NCBI GenBank assembly: GCA_918797485.1
Contig: CAKKNE010000003.1
Location: forward strand, 4,154,001 to 4,218,000
DNA: 64,000 nt
Direction: 5' to 3'
From: Pelagomonas calceolata
Lineage: Eukaryota
Below are positions 1-11,400 of this stretch, one piece after another. Below the pieces are notes generated by a model that was not told the origin of the DNA, did not search any database, and was given only the letters and a program-made list of their open reading frames with translations. Made by a program: the position numbers and the translations under genes. Each line of letters opens with the position of its first letter. The first letter of the stretch is position 1.

Positions 1-1013
1 GTTCTTCTCCAAATCATAATCGAAGGGCACCACAATAAGCGTCACGTCGTGCGTCTCCACAAAATAGCGCACGATGTTGTGCTTCATGCCGCAGTCGATC
101 GCGACGATCGTCGGCTTGTCGCCGCCCTGATTGTACGTTCTAATTGACTTGGTAGACACCTCGGCCACGAGATTGCGCAGGTTCGGGTCGACGAAGCCCA
201 CTTCCTGCGGCGGACTGGGCGGCGCGCCCTCGACCTCCAATCGGCCCAGGATCGAACCTCGCTCCCTTAAACCTTTGGTCAGTGCTCTCGTATCAACTCC
301 GAAGATGGCCGGCACGCCGGCCTTCGCGAGCCAGTTCCCCAGCGACTGCTGCGACGCCCAGTGCGACGGGTCCGCGGAATAGTTCGACACGACGAGGCCC
401 GCGATCTGGACGTCGTCGGACTCGAAATACAAGGGCAGGTCCCACCTGTCCTTCGTGTCCATGGACGGGACGCCGTAGTTGCCCACGAGCGGGAAGGTTA
501 ATACCAAAATCTGGCCCCGGTAGGAGGGGTCGGTCAGAGCTTCGGGGTAGCCGACCATACCGGTGTTAAACACGACCTCTCCCGGTCTATTGACCTTCGC
601 GCCGAAGGACGTGCCCTCCAGTCGTTGCCCGTCCTTGAGGACGAGCGTCGCTTGTACGGGGGCCTCGCAGGGCTTGGACGGGCCGCCCTCGACGCCGTCG
701 ATGAGGGACCTGTGTTGAGTGAGGCGTGCGCGGCCGGCGCGGCGGTTTCACGGGCGTGCGGCCGGCGCGCCGGCCCCGGCGCGGCGGCTCGTGTTTATGC
801 CGCGAGTCCTCCGCGGCGCGCGTGTGGCGCGCGGCGTCGTGCGCTGCGGTTTGGCCGCGTGCGCTGCGTCTGGCGTTCGGGCGGGCGCGTCTATTTCAAA
901 ACGCCGGCGCCGCACGAGCTGCTCGCGTAGCGCTGATCACCAAACTTGTGCGGCGAGCCGCCGCGCGCGGCCGCGCCCGTGTTGAACATGGCGCCGCTGC
1001 CGCCGGTCTTCAT
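1..1013 (-). CDS. Carbamoyl-phosphate synthetase, N-terminal glutamine amidotransferase (small-chain) domain; runs off the window start. Exons 1013-916 and 709-1
   Basis: Minus-strand translation gives ATLVLKDGQRLEGTSFGA...GEVVFNTGMVGYPEALTDPSYRGQILVLTFPLVGNYGVP...IVAIDCGMKHNIVRYF. A GT-AG intron at 915-710 restores the frame to the ATG at 1013. Confidence 0.92.
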
Positions 1014-1703
1014 GGGCTGCTGGCGCCTCTACTGGTTTCGCAGCCTCTGGCTCGCGGCGGTGCGCGAGCTCGGAGCTGTGACTTCTTCGCGTGTCTGAGG
1101 GTCCACCGGACTGCTCCGATGAAGCCCTGCTGTCCGTGAGCGAGCGCAGCGTTCAAATCGCCGCCCCGCCGCTCTCGATGCTCAAACCGGGCAAGGCGCC
1201 CAACGAACCGCGGGGAATTCGAGCAAGCTTGCGCGAGCTGCTCCAGAAGCCTCGGGGACGGCTCCCAGCGGCGTTACAGCCAAAATCGAGCACCGAGTTT
1301 CATCTCATCCTGGCCGCATTTTTGCCGCGCGCGATTACGGCCGTCATCTCTGCAAAACGCGGCGTGAAATCACTCACGTTTCGACCTCACCGACCAGCGC
1401 GGCCGCCGTGGCGCAAAAGCGCGCGCGTAACGCCGGCGCTTCGCCGGGAAATTTGCAGCAATCGAAATCACAGATCAACCGCCGGCACGCGCGCGCGGCC
1501 CCGGACGCCAGAGATCGCGCCGTCGCCGCGGCCGCGCCGAGCTGGGCGCGAGCGGGCCAGAGCTCACGCCGCGCCGCGCGCCGCGTCGCGTCGGCCGGGC
1601 CAGAGATCGCGCCGCGGCCAGAGCTGAGGCCAGAGAGCTCGGGCGTCAGAGCCCACCCCGCGCGCGCGCCGAGACGACGCCGCGCGCAGGCCGGACGACA
1701 AGC

Positions 1704-4256
1704 ATGGCCCGCCTCGTCATCGCGCTCGCGGCGTCGGCCGCCGCCCTCACGCAGGAAGAAGCCCAGTGCGTCGCATCCTTCAACGGCGGCCAGACCTTCG
1801 TCATGAGCGGCGACTCGAACATGCGCTACGAGTTCCTCGCCCTCAACGAGTTCGTCGAGAAGGGCACGGTCATGTCCTCTTTGTCAAGAAACGGCGACAA
1901 GAACAAGGGCCAGATCGACACCCTGAGCTTCTGGACGGACGTCCCGATCCCGCAGTACGACCCGCTCCGCACGAAGGACGGCTCCCACATGCGCCGCATG
2001 GACAAGAAGTATAAAAGTGGCGGGAGCGCGTCCTTCTTCTTCCTCCAGAAGACCTGGCAGGACTTCTTCGGCGATAGCAAGGGCCCCAAGCAGGCGTGCG
2101 CGGGCGCCCGGAACTGCGTGATGATATATAACGTCGCGCGCCGCGTGGAAATCACGCCGTCGAGCCGACGCGGCTTGGGAGAGAGTGTCGTGGTTCGGGT
2201 CTCGCCCGCGCGCCGTCGACGCGTCACTCCCCGCGCAGACACAGCGCCCAACGGAAGAGCCCGGCGATCCCACACGTAAACCTACAAAAAAGCCGACGCC
2301 CCAACCGTCGCGCGCGCCCACCTATAAACCATCGGCGCAACCGTCGCGGGAACCCACAGACAAACCAACACCAAAGCCGTCCACCTCAAAACCCACGCCG
2401 CAGCCGACGACGCCTAAACCGACGAACACGCCGCTAGGCTGCCCCCGCGTCCGCCTGGCCGACGACTGTCCTCGTCAAAGGCCGCCGTCGTGCGGTGCGG
2501 GCGGCCACGCGCCGGGCGATTTTTGCGAGGGCGACGGCGCTTGTGAGATCACTGACGAGGTCAAGAACTGCGCCTACGCGTCCCGGCGACGCCTGCAAGA
2601 CGAGAGCAACGCGGCCGTTTATGTCGTGAGGGTGGCCGCGCCGACGATGGCACCAACTGCAAAACCGCGGCCCAAAAAGTCGTCGTCCTCGGCAAGCGAC
2701 GTGCCGGCCTGGGGCTTCGCCGTGGCGGCGGCGGCGCTTGTGTTATTCGTCGTGGCGATCTGCGCGTGCTACGTCGCGGGCAAGGAGGCGAGGGCTTGCC
2801 TCGACGGCGACGAGCGGTGTGGAAAAATCATGACCTCCACGCCATCGACGCGACGCCTGCTCGACGGCGTGGCGGTGTCGATTCCTCACCATCGTCGCGA
2901 TTGGTTGATTTCCACGCAGGCGACCAGGAGGAAGACGTCAAGCCGCGGCGGCTCCCGTCCGAGCTCCGCAAGGCGCGCTCGCAAGGCCCGCTCCCGGCCA
3001 AGGTCGACTACGATTCTGATTCTGATGACGACCTCGCGCGGCTCCGCATGTTGCGGGCCAAGAAGGGCCTGCCTCCCATACTACGTGAAGAGACGAAGGT
3101 CGGCGACATCTCTCCATTAACTCCGGAGGCGAAGCGACGATCAAGGGGCCGCGCGTCGACGCCGGACGCGGAGGCGCTGGCGGCCGCGGCCGCGGCGTCG
3201 TCAACGCGGCGGCCCGACCGCCGGCGCGGCCTCGGGCCGGCCGACGGCCTCGCCGCAGGTACGACGAGGGCCGACGGCGCCGGCGCCGGGAGCGATCGCC
3301 GGCGCGGCCTCGGCCCGGCCGACGCCGCCGCTGGTACGAGCGCGTACTGGGCCCGGAAGAGCCCCGACCGCCGCGCGGCGCCCGCCTTCTCGCCGGCGAC
3401 GGGCCGCGCGCCGCCTCCCTCCACACGGTCCCTCGCGGCCGCCGGCGCGGCCGCCGGCGCCGGTGCGGCGCTCGCCCGGCGGCGGAGCTCCGACATGGAC
3501 ACAGTCCGCCGCAGCACTTCTGATATGGACCGGTCCGCGCCGTCGCCGCCGCGCGCGCACCGGCGCACGCCCTCGGACATGGACATCCGGGGCGATAGTC
3601 CCGTCGACCTCGAGATGGCGGCGGGCGCTGGCGCGCGCGGGCTCGCGCGCGACCGGCGCCGCGACCGGTCGCCGCCGCCGCCGCGCGACGTCGCCTGGTC
3701 GCCGCCGCGGACGTCGTCCGAGTCGCGGCGGCCGCGCGAGGCGCCGCCGGTCGCGCCGCCGGTCGCGCGCTCGGCGTCCTCGCACTCGTCGGCGCGGTCG
3801 CCCTCCTACTACCGCGACCGCGCCTCGCGGACGGCGTCGCGCGACTACTCGCGGCCGTCGCGGCAGACGTCCGCGGAGACTTTCGCGACGCCGTCGAGCC
3901 TGGCGTATGCGGCCCCGGCGGCGTCGCGGCCTGACCGCCGGCGCGGCCTCGGCCCTGCCGATGGGGCCGGCGCCGCCGGGAGTACGTACGCGGCCCCCGC
4001 GGCGCCGCGGCGGTCGGCGCCTCGCGCTGTCGCCTACGCGACCTGCGTCGACGCGTTCCGGGCCGTGCGGCCGGGCGAACTGAGCCTGCGCGCGGGCGAC
4101 CGCGTGGCCATCCTCGACTCGAGCGACGCCGTGTGGTGGACCGGGAGCTGCCGCGGCGCCTCGGGAAAGTTCCCTTGCTACCACGTCGACCACGTCTCGA
4201 CCTCGCCCGACGCGTCCGTGGTGGCGCCGAGGGCTTCGCCGCGGCGGTACTACTGA
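1704..4256 (+). CDS. Type I membrane protein: signal peptide, partial GDS (PC-esterase/SGNH-like) domain, Pro/Thr stalk, Cys-rich domain, TM, low-complexity tail, C-terminal SH3. Exons 1704-2132, 2239-2806, 2920-4256
   Basis: Three ORFs join in frame through introns 2133-2238 (GT-AG) and 2807-2919 (GC-AG). Motifs: FVMSGDSNMRY; TM WGFAVAAAALVLFVVAICACYV; SH3 ELSLRAGDRVAILDSSDAVWWTGSCRGASGKFP. Confidence 0.8.
2133..2238 (+). mobile_element. Degenerate introner-derived intron
   Basis: GT..AG and frame-restoring. TIR-like ccgcgtggaaatca lies 8 nt after the donor; the flanks no longer match as a TSD. Confidence 0.6.
2815..2919. mobile_element. Introner MITE (GC-AG intron 2807-2919)
   Basis: TIRs cggtgtggaaaaatca / ttgatttccacgcag; TSD gcgacgag / gcgaccag (7/8); core motif CACGCCATCGACGCGAC. 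Confidence 0.85.
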
Positions 4257-4731
4257 GGGGCTTGTTGTAATCTACTACTACCTAGTCCAGCTCCGTCCGA
4301 CGTCCGCCGTCCGACGCCCGCGGTGTAGGGCCCTCGCGTTTTTCTTCTTAGAGGCGGTGTTTGGGCCATAATTAGGAGTATAAGTTGCCATTCTCAGGCT
4401 TGGCCCCGCGAGCGATGAGGTCCGTTGAATGCGACGACAAAGCAAGTGTGCGGCGCTAAAAAATCCACCACCGCGGGCCGACGAGATATATATCGAGATA
4501 AAGGCGTGGCTTTGTCGACTCGTCGTGAGAACTATTCGTTGCTGTGGCGCCGAGAGCTCCCGAGTCGCCGCCTAAGCTGTACAGTGGAAATTCCTATCTC
4601 TGGATCACACGCACGCGGCGGTACAAGCGCGCGTCTGAATCGACGCACGAGTAGCGATACGCTGTCGACGGACACCGAACGGCACGCCGTCGACGCACAG
4701 TAGACGCGAAACCGACAACCCGTGACCGACG

Positions 4732-7700
4732 ATGGCGGTCACGCTCCGCCTCGCCGCCGTGGCGCTACTAGCAGTTGCGTCCGCGGAAAAAGCCAACGGC
4801 AAGTACTCGCAGAAGCAGGCCCAGTGCCTCCTCAAGGACCGCAAGATCGCTATTCTAGGAGACAGCAACTCGCGCTACTGGAGCTTGAGCTTCAACCAGT
4901 TCCTGTGAAAAAGAATGCCCAGATGATGATAAATACGCTTGCTACGAGGCGCCCTGCAAGGGCACGGGCGGCAAATGTTCTGGTGATGACGACTGCTGCT
5001 CCGGGCGGACGTGCTTTCCCATCAACGGCAAGGACGGTACTTGCGAGAAGAGCTGTCCCGACGATGATAAGTATGACTGCTACGAGGAGCCCTGCGCCGA
5101 CAAGGGCGACCGTTGTAGCAAGGACGCCGATTGTTGTGACTCCAACAAATGCTTCGAGCGCACGGACGGCAAGGGTACTTGCCTGTGTGGAAACTCCACG
5201 CCATCGAGCCGACGCGGCCGCGGGGACAACATCGCGTCGATGGCGTGGGGCGCCCGAAATTTGATTTCCACACAGGTACTTGTGAGTCAAAATGTCCAGA
5301 CGACAAGGACTACGAGTGCTACGAGGAGCCGTGTAAAGGTACCGGCGGCGGTTGCTCGAAGGACGCGGACTGCTGCGACGGCAGGGATTGCTTCCCTACC
5401 AAAAAGGGTGGCGGGACGTGCGAGAAGAGCTGCCCCGACGACGCGGACTACGAGTGCTACGTCGAGCCGTGCACCGACGAAGGCGACCGCTGCAGCAAGG
5501 ACGGGGACTGTTGTGATTCCACCAAGTGTTTCGAGCGGAAAGACGGCAAGGCTACGTGTGAGAAGAGCTGCCCGAATGATAAGGATTATAAGTGCTACGA
5601 GGAACCGTGCGCGTCGAGCGCCGTGCAGAAATCAAACCTGCTCGATGGCGTCACCGCGCGACGGAGCCCGCACTGGTTGATGTCCACACAGGGCGAGCGG
5701 AGACCGTTGCTCGAAGAACTCCGACTGCTGCGACGGTCGCGACTGTTTTGAAATGAAGAACGGCAAGGCCACGTGTGAGCGCGAGTGTCCCAACGACAGC
5801 GACTACAAGTGCTACGTCAAGCCCACGAGGAGGCCGACCCTTGAGCCTACGAAAAGGCCTACCGCGCGGCCCGTCGCAACGCCGCGCCCTACGCAGCGGC
5901 CCGTCGCGACGCCGCGGCCCTCGAAGCAGCCGACACGCGAGCCGACACGGGAGCCTACTAGACGTCCGACCGACAAACCTACCGCGCGCCCCGTGCCGCG
6001 GCCCACCTCGAAACCCGACTCGCCCTGCCGCAACGGGCGCAAGGACGGCGACGAGACTGATGTCGACTGTGGTGGTAGTCAGTGCGGCCCGTGCGAGGAG
6101 GGCGACAAGTGCCGCCGCGACGACGACTGCGAGGAGCCCACCGACTGTATCAATGACCGATGCCGGTTCCGGCCCTCGCCACGGCCCACGAAGGAGCCCA
6201 CGCGCGAGCCTACGAGGAAGCCCGTGGCCCAGCCGAACCCCACGAGGCCTCCTACGAGAGAACCTACGCGCGACCCTACCCGGCGGCCCACAGATAAGCC
6301 GACCGCTCGGCCAGTGCCGCGCCCCACCTCGCCGCCCGAGAGCCCGTGCCGGAACGGCATCAAAGATGGCGACGAGACCGACGTGGACTGCGGCGGGCGC
6401 GATTGCGGGCCCTGCGAGCGGGGCGATCGCTGCAAGAATGGAGACGACTGCGAGGACCCGCTCGCGTGTATTGATGACCGGTGCGTGTTCCCGCCGACGC
6501 CGGAGCCGACGAAGGAGCCGACGGACCGGCCTGTAGCGCCACAGCCGGACGACGACGACGACGACGACGACGCGCCAAGCGACGACGGCCCGAGCTGCGC
6601 CAATGATCAGAGAGACGGCGACGAGACAGATATAGATTGTGGCGGCCCGACCTGCGACCCGTGCCGCCTCGGCCGCGACTGCGCTATCGACGGAGACTGC
6701 GAGTCCGGCCTTTGTGATGGCGTGTGTCGAAGGGTCGTGGCGCCGTCACCACCACCGGAAGAGCGCACGTGCCCGCCGCGCATGGAACTTGTATCACGAG
6801 ACGAGTGCCCGGCGGACCCCGATGCATTGCCGCGCTGTGCCGCGTTCGTGATGAACGAGATGTGTCTCGGGGACGGGACCTGCGGTACAGATGAAAACGC
6901 CGGCAACTGTATCAAGCAGAGACGGCGCCTCCAACAGGGCGAGCCCGTCGCCGTCTACCGCGCATTACCTGGAAGTGGTAAGTCGAAGAAGAAGGGCGAC
7001 TCCATGCCGGGATATGGTATAGCGCTCCTCGTCCTCTTCTTGCTAACTCTAACGTGCCTCTGCTGCTGCTTCGTCGCCTACGCGTTACGGAACCCGTCGC
7101 GGAACCGCACAGATATAAAACCGAGAAACTTGGAGCCCATGAAGGGGCGGCGCGGTTCCAAGCACCGCCGCCGGTCGCACCACGGCCATCTGCCGCGCGA
7201 CTACCTCGACGCGCCGCCGCCTTACAAGACGGAGGAGTCGCTGCATTTTGTGGAGGAGTCGAAAATAGAGCCTCAACAGTCGTACGTCGAGGCCGAGCGG
7301 CGCGGCCGGCGCGCGGCCGAGCGGAATCCCATGATGGCCGAGCGCGCGGTCGCGGACCTCGACGAGCCTTACGCGGAGCCACGCCGCCCGGAGCCGCGCC
7401 GCCCGGAGCCGCGGCGGCGCTCGGACCTCGACGAGCCGCGTCACGCTGAGCCGCGTCACGCGGAGCCGCGCTACGCCGAGCCGCGCTACGCCGAGCCGCG
7501 TCACGTCGAGCCGCGTCGCCCGGAGCCGCGCTACGCCGAGCCGCGTCACGCCGAGCCGCGGCGGTCGGGCGTCGGCGACGCGAACTACTGGCGCGACCGG
7601 GCGCGGGCGGCGGGCGCCGCCGCCGCCGCCGGCGCGGCGTACTACGGGCGCGACGACGAGCACCGGCGCACGGCGAGCCCGCCGCAGCGCGCCGTGGCCT

Positions 7701-8290
7701 ACCGCACGGAGAGCCCGCAGAGCGCCGAGAGCCCGCTCGCGCGCTACACGGCGCGCACGGGCGGCAGCTCGAGCTACTGGCGCGACCGCGCCCGGGCGGC
7801 CGGCGTCGCGCCCCGCGGCGAGGCGCTGCCGCGGGCGCGCTCGGCGCCGTACCTGACCGCCGAGCCCTACCGCGCGGCCGCGCCGAGCCCGCCGCGCCGC
7901 GACTACCGGGCCGAGAGCCCGCCTTACCGCGAAGTCACGCCGCGCCGGAGCCCGACGGCGCACCTCGATGAGCTCGAGCCCGTCGCGCGGCCGCCGCCGC
8001 TCGGCAGCCCGGAGCGCCGCCGGCCGACTCCAATTATCGCAACGCGCCTGCCCGCGTCGCCGCTGCTCTCTCCATTAACGGCGTCGCCGGGCGTGCTGCC
8101 TCCTACAAAGAGGGGCCCGACGTTCCTCGTCGCGATCGAGGACTTCCGCGCGACGCGTCCCGGCCAGGTCGACCTCCACCGCGGCGACCGAGTCATCTGC
8201 CTCGACAACACCGATGCGGTGTGGTGGAGGGGTTCGTGCCGCGGGCGCGTCGGGTTGTTCCCGGCGGACGCGGTGGAGCCGCAGTCCTAG
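4732..8290 (+). CDS. Paralogous type I membrane protein: signal peptide, GDS remnant, Cys-rich repeats, three DGDETDVDCGG-type Cys domains, Pro/Thr stalks, TM, C-terminal SH3. Frame break near 4903
   Basis: ATG 4732 gives MAVTLRLAAVALLAVASA...IAILGDSNSRY. Introns 5175-5275 and 5613-5691 join the downstream ORFs. TM GYGIALLVLFLLTLTCLCCCFVAYAL; SH3 VDLHRGDRVICLDNTDAVWWRGSCRGRVGLFP. Confidence 0.75.
5183..5275. mobile_element. Introner MITE (GT-AG intron 5175-5275)
   Basis: TIRs ctgtgtggaaa / ttgatttccacacag; TSD gtacttgc / gtacttgt; internal 12-bp inverted repeat at 5196-5207 / 5237-5248. Confidence 0.9.
5621..5691. mobile_element. Introner MITE (GT-AG intron 5613-5691)
   Basis: TIRs ccgtgcagaaatcaa / ttgatgtccacacag; TSD gtcgagcg / ggcgagcg; removal restores the Cys-repeat frame. 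Confidence 0.85.
7375..7560 (+). repeat. Coding 15-bp minisatellite (EPRYA/EPRHA/EPRRP)
   Basis: Tandem gagccgcgctacgcc-like units. Confidence 0.85.
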
Positions 8291-8461
8291 GTTTCGCTCT
8301 CTGATACGAGCCGGACTCGTCCGCCGCGGCCTCGGAACAATTCCACGCCGACGAAAATTACAACCACGCAGCATAACTATACCATGCCTTACATCTCCCA
8401 GGCGTCGGCAGTCTATTGGGGAGGGAGGGAGGGGCTGCGGTGGGGCGGCGGCAGAAGGGCT

Positions 8462-11400
8462 CTACCTCCGTTTGCAGTAGCACGTCAGGCCCTGGACGTG
8501 CTTGAGCGCCAGTTTGCCCTTCTCCGATGCAGCCTCACAGAACTTGCGGCAGACCTTGCGCGGCGACGCGTCGCGAACTGTCTTGTCCGACGAAAAGGTC
8601 TTGGTCCCGATGGTGCATAGATTTGGTGAGATGTAGTAGGGGTGCGTCGTGCCGGCCTCGTAGACGATCGTGGGGCCCAGGGCGCATTGTTCCTGGAACG
8701 CATTCGCGATCGCCGCGATGGTGATTCCCGTAAACGTGATGCCAATCGCCGCGAGTCCCGTTGACATGACGAGTTCCGTGGCCCCATCGTCGTCATCGTC
8801 GTCATCGTCGTAGTAGTAGTAGCAGTCCCACGATTCTATGATTTGGCAGTCACCAGTTTCGTCCTTTCGAGCGACGCCGCAAGACATTGAGCAGCACCCG
8901 CTGCCAGAGAACGCCCCATCGAGGTTCACATCATTGCCAACGCACCAGCTGAGGTCCTGGTTGAACGACGAAGCCCAGCCGAACATCTGGTGCATGTCCC
9001 TGACGTTGTCGACGCGCCAGCCGCCTAGGTCCTGGTCGAAGGCCGAGGCGCCGAAGAACATCCCGCTCATCGTCGTAACACCAGAGGTTTCCCACGCACT
9101 GAGGTCCTGGTCGAAGGCCGAGGCGCCGTAGAACATCCACCACATCGCTGTAACGCCGGATGTGTCCCACGCGCCGATGTCCTCGTTGAAGGACGCCGAT
9201 AAGACGCAGTCGTCATACCACGATTCGCCTTCCATCCAACCCTGCCGCACGCAAAACAACTTCGACATGTCCGTCACCCCTGAAGTCTCCCACGTCGAGA
9301 TGTGGCCGTAGGCCGCCTCGGCGGCGGCGCGGTCCTCCGCCCAGGCTCGGACTGCCGTGCGGATGCTTTCGTCGCCAAATGCTCCATCGAAGAATGTCGG
9401 CGCAAGCGTCACACATATGCCACCCTCAGAACGGCCCTGCACGACGCCGCACGACGTCGACGCGCACGGCGTGCCGGAGAACGCCTCGTCGAGGTTCACG
9501 TCGTCGCCCACGCACCAGCCGAGGTCCTGGTCGAAGGCCGAGCCGTGGTGGAACATGTAGTGCATATCCCTGACGTTCTCGACGCTCCAGCCGCCTAGGT
9601 CCTGATTAAAGGACGAGGCCCAGCTGAACATCTGGTGCATGTTCGTAACACCAGAGGTTTCCCACGCACTGAGGTCCTGGTCGAAGGCCGAGGCGGAATT
9701 GAACATCTGGTGCATATCCCTGACGTTGTCGACGCTCCAGGCGCTGATGTCCTGGTCGAAGGCCGAGGCGGAGTTGAACATACCGCTCATATCCGTGACG
9801 CTGTGAACCGCCCAACCACCGATGTCTCGGTTAAAGGCCGCGGCGTAGTAGAACATATAGTCCATCACTGTGACACCGGAGATATCCCACGCGCCGATGT
9901 CCTCGTTGAAGGACGACGCCGAGAAGCATATATCGTCATACCACGATTCGGCTTCCATCCAATCCTGCCACACGCAAAACAACCGAGACATGTCCGTCAC
10001 CCCCGATGTGTCCCACGTCGAGATGTGGCCGTACGTCGCCTCGGCGGCGGCGCGGTCCTCCATCCAGGCTCGGACTGCCGTGCGGATTCTGGAGTCGTCC
10101 ATGAAGTTGCGCTGCGTTGGCGCGGGTGTCGGAAACGGACAGTCCACGCCTTGGAGCACCACTCCGCAAGACGTCGCCTCGCACGGGGTGTTGGTGAACG
10201 CGTAGTCCAGGTTCGCGCCGTCGTCCACGCACCAGCCGAGGTCCTGGTCGAAGACCGAAGCGCCGCTGAACATATGGCTCATGTCCGTGACGCTGTCGAC
10301 GCGCCAGCCGCTGATGTCCTGATTAAATGAAGAGGCGCCGCCGAACATCTGGAACATGTTCGTAATAGCAGAGGTTTCCCACGAACTGAGGTCCTGGTTA
10401 AAGGCCGAGGCGCCCATGAACATGAAACTCATATACCTGACGTTGTGAACCGCCCAACCACCGATGTCCTGGTTGAAGGCCGAGGCTTCGGCGAACATCC
10501 TGTGCATCGTAGTCACGCCGGAGGTGTCCCACGCGCCGATGTCTTCGTTGAAGGCCGCAGCGGCCGAGTTGCATCTACTGTCCCAATCACACGCGGAAAA
10601 CAAAAACTCCATGTCCGTCACCCCTGAAGTCTCCCACGTCGAGATGTGGCCTAACCTCGCCTCGGTGGCGGCCGGATCGTTGAGCCAAGCCACGACGGCC
10701 CTGCGGATGCTGTCGTCCGTGTGATGCACGCCATCCCAGTAAGCAGTTGGCGCTGGAGTGGACACGCAGCTGCCGCTCGCAGGTACAAATTGGCCCTGCT
10801 CAACGCCGCACGACGTCGCCTCGCACGGCGTGCCGGAGAACGCGTCTTCCATTGTGTTGCCGTGCCCCCAGGGATCAAAGACGTCGTCGCCCACGCACCA
10901 GCCGAGGTCCTGGTCGAAGTCCGAGGCGCCTCTGAACATCCAGCGCATATCCGTGACGCTCTGGACCGCCCAATCACCGAGGTCCTGGTTAAAGGACGAG
11001 GCGGAGCTGAACATCCAGTGCATGTCCCTGACGTTGTCGACGCTCCAGGCGCTGATGTCCTGGTCGAAGGCTAAGGCGTTGAGGAACATCGACTCCATGT
11101 CCTTGACGCTGTGGACCGCCCAACCACCGATGTTCTGGTTGAAAGCCGAGGCGCCGTAGAACATGTGGCTCATCTCTGTGACGCCCGAAGTATCCCACGC
11201 GCCAATGTCCTGGTCGAAGGCCGAGGCACTGTGGAACATCGCCCACATCGTAGTGACGCCGGAGGTGTCCCACGCGCCGATGTCCTCGTTGAAGGACGAC
11301 TCCCTGAACAAATGCGACATGTCCGTCACCCCCCCAGTCTCCCACGTCGAGATGTGGCCGTACGTCGCCTCGGCGGCCGTCGCGTCCGCGAGCCACGCTG

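Noticed and set aside
710..915. CPS first intron as an introner
   Set aside because: It shares only the acacag acceptor; there is no TIR pair, TSD or core motif.
1091..1627. 178-aa ORF between CPS and the first receptor
   Set aside because: Non-ATG start and low-complexity product; most likely divergent promoter/UTR sequence.
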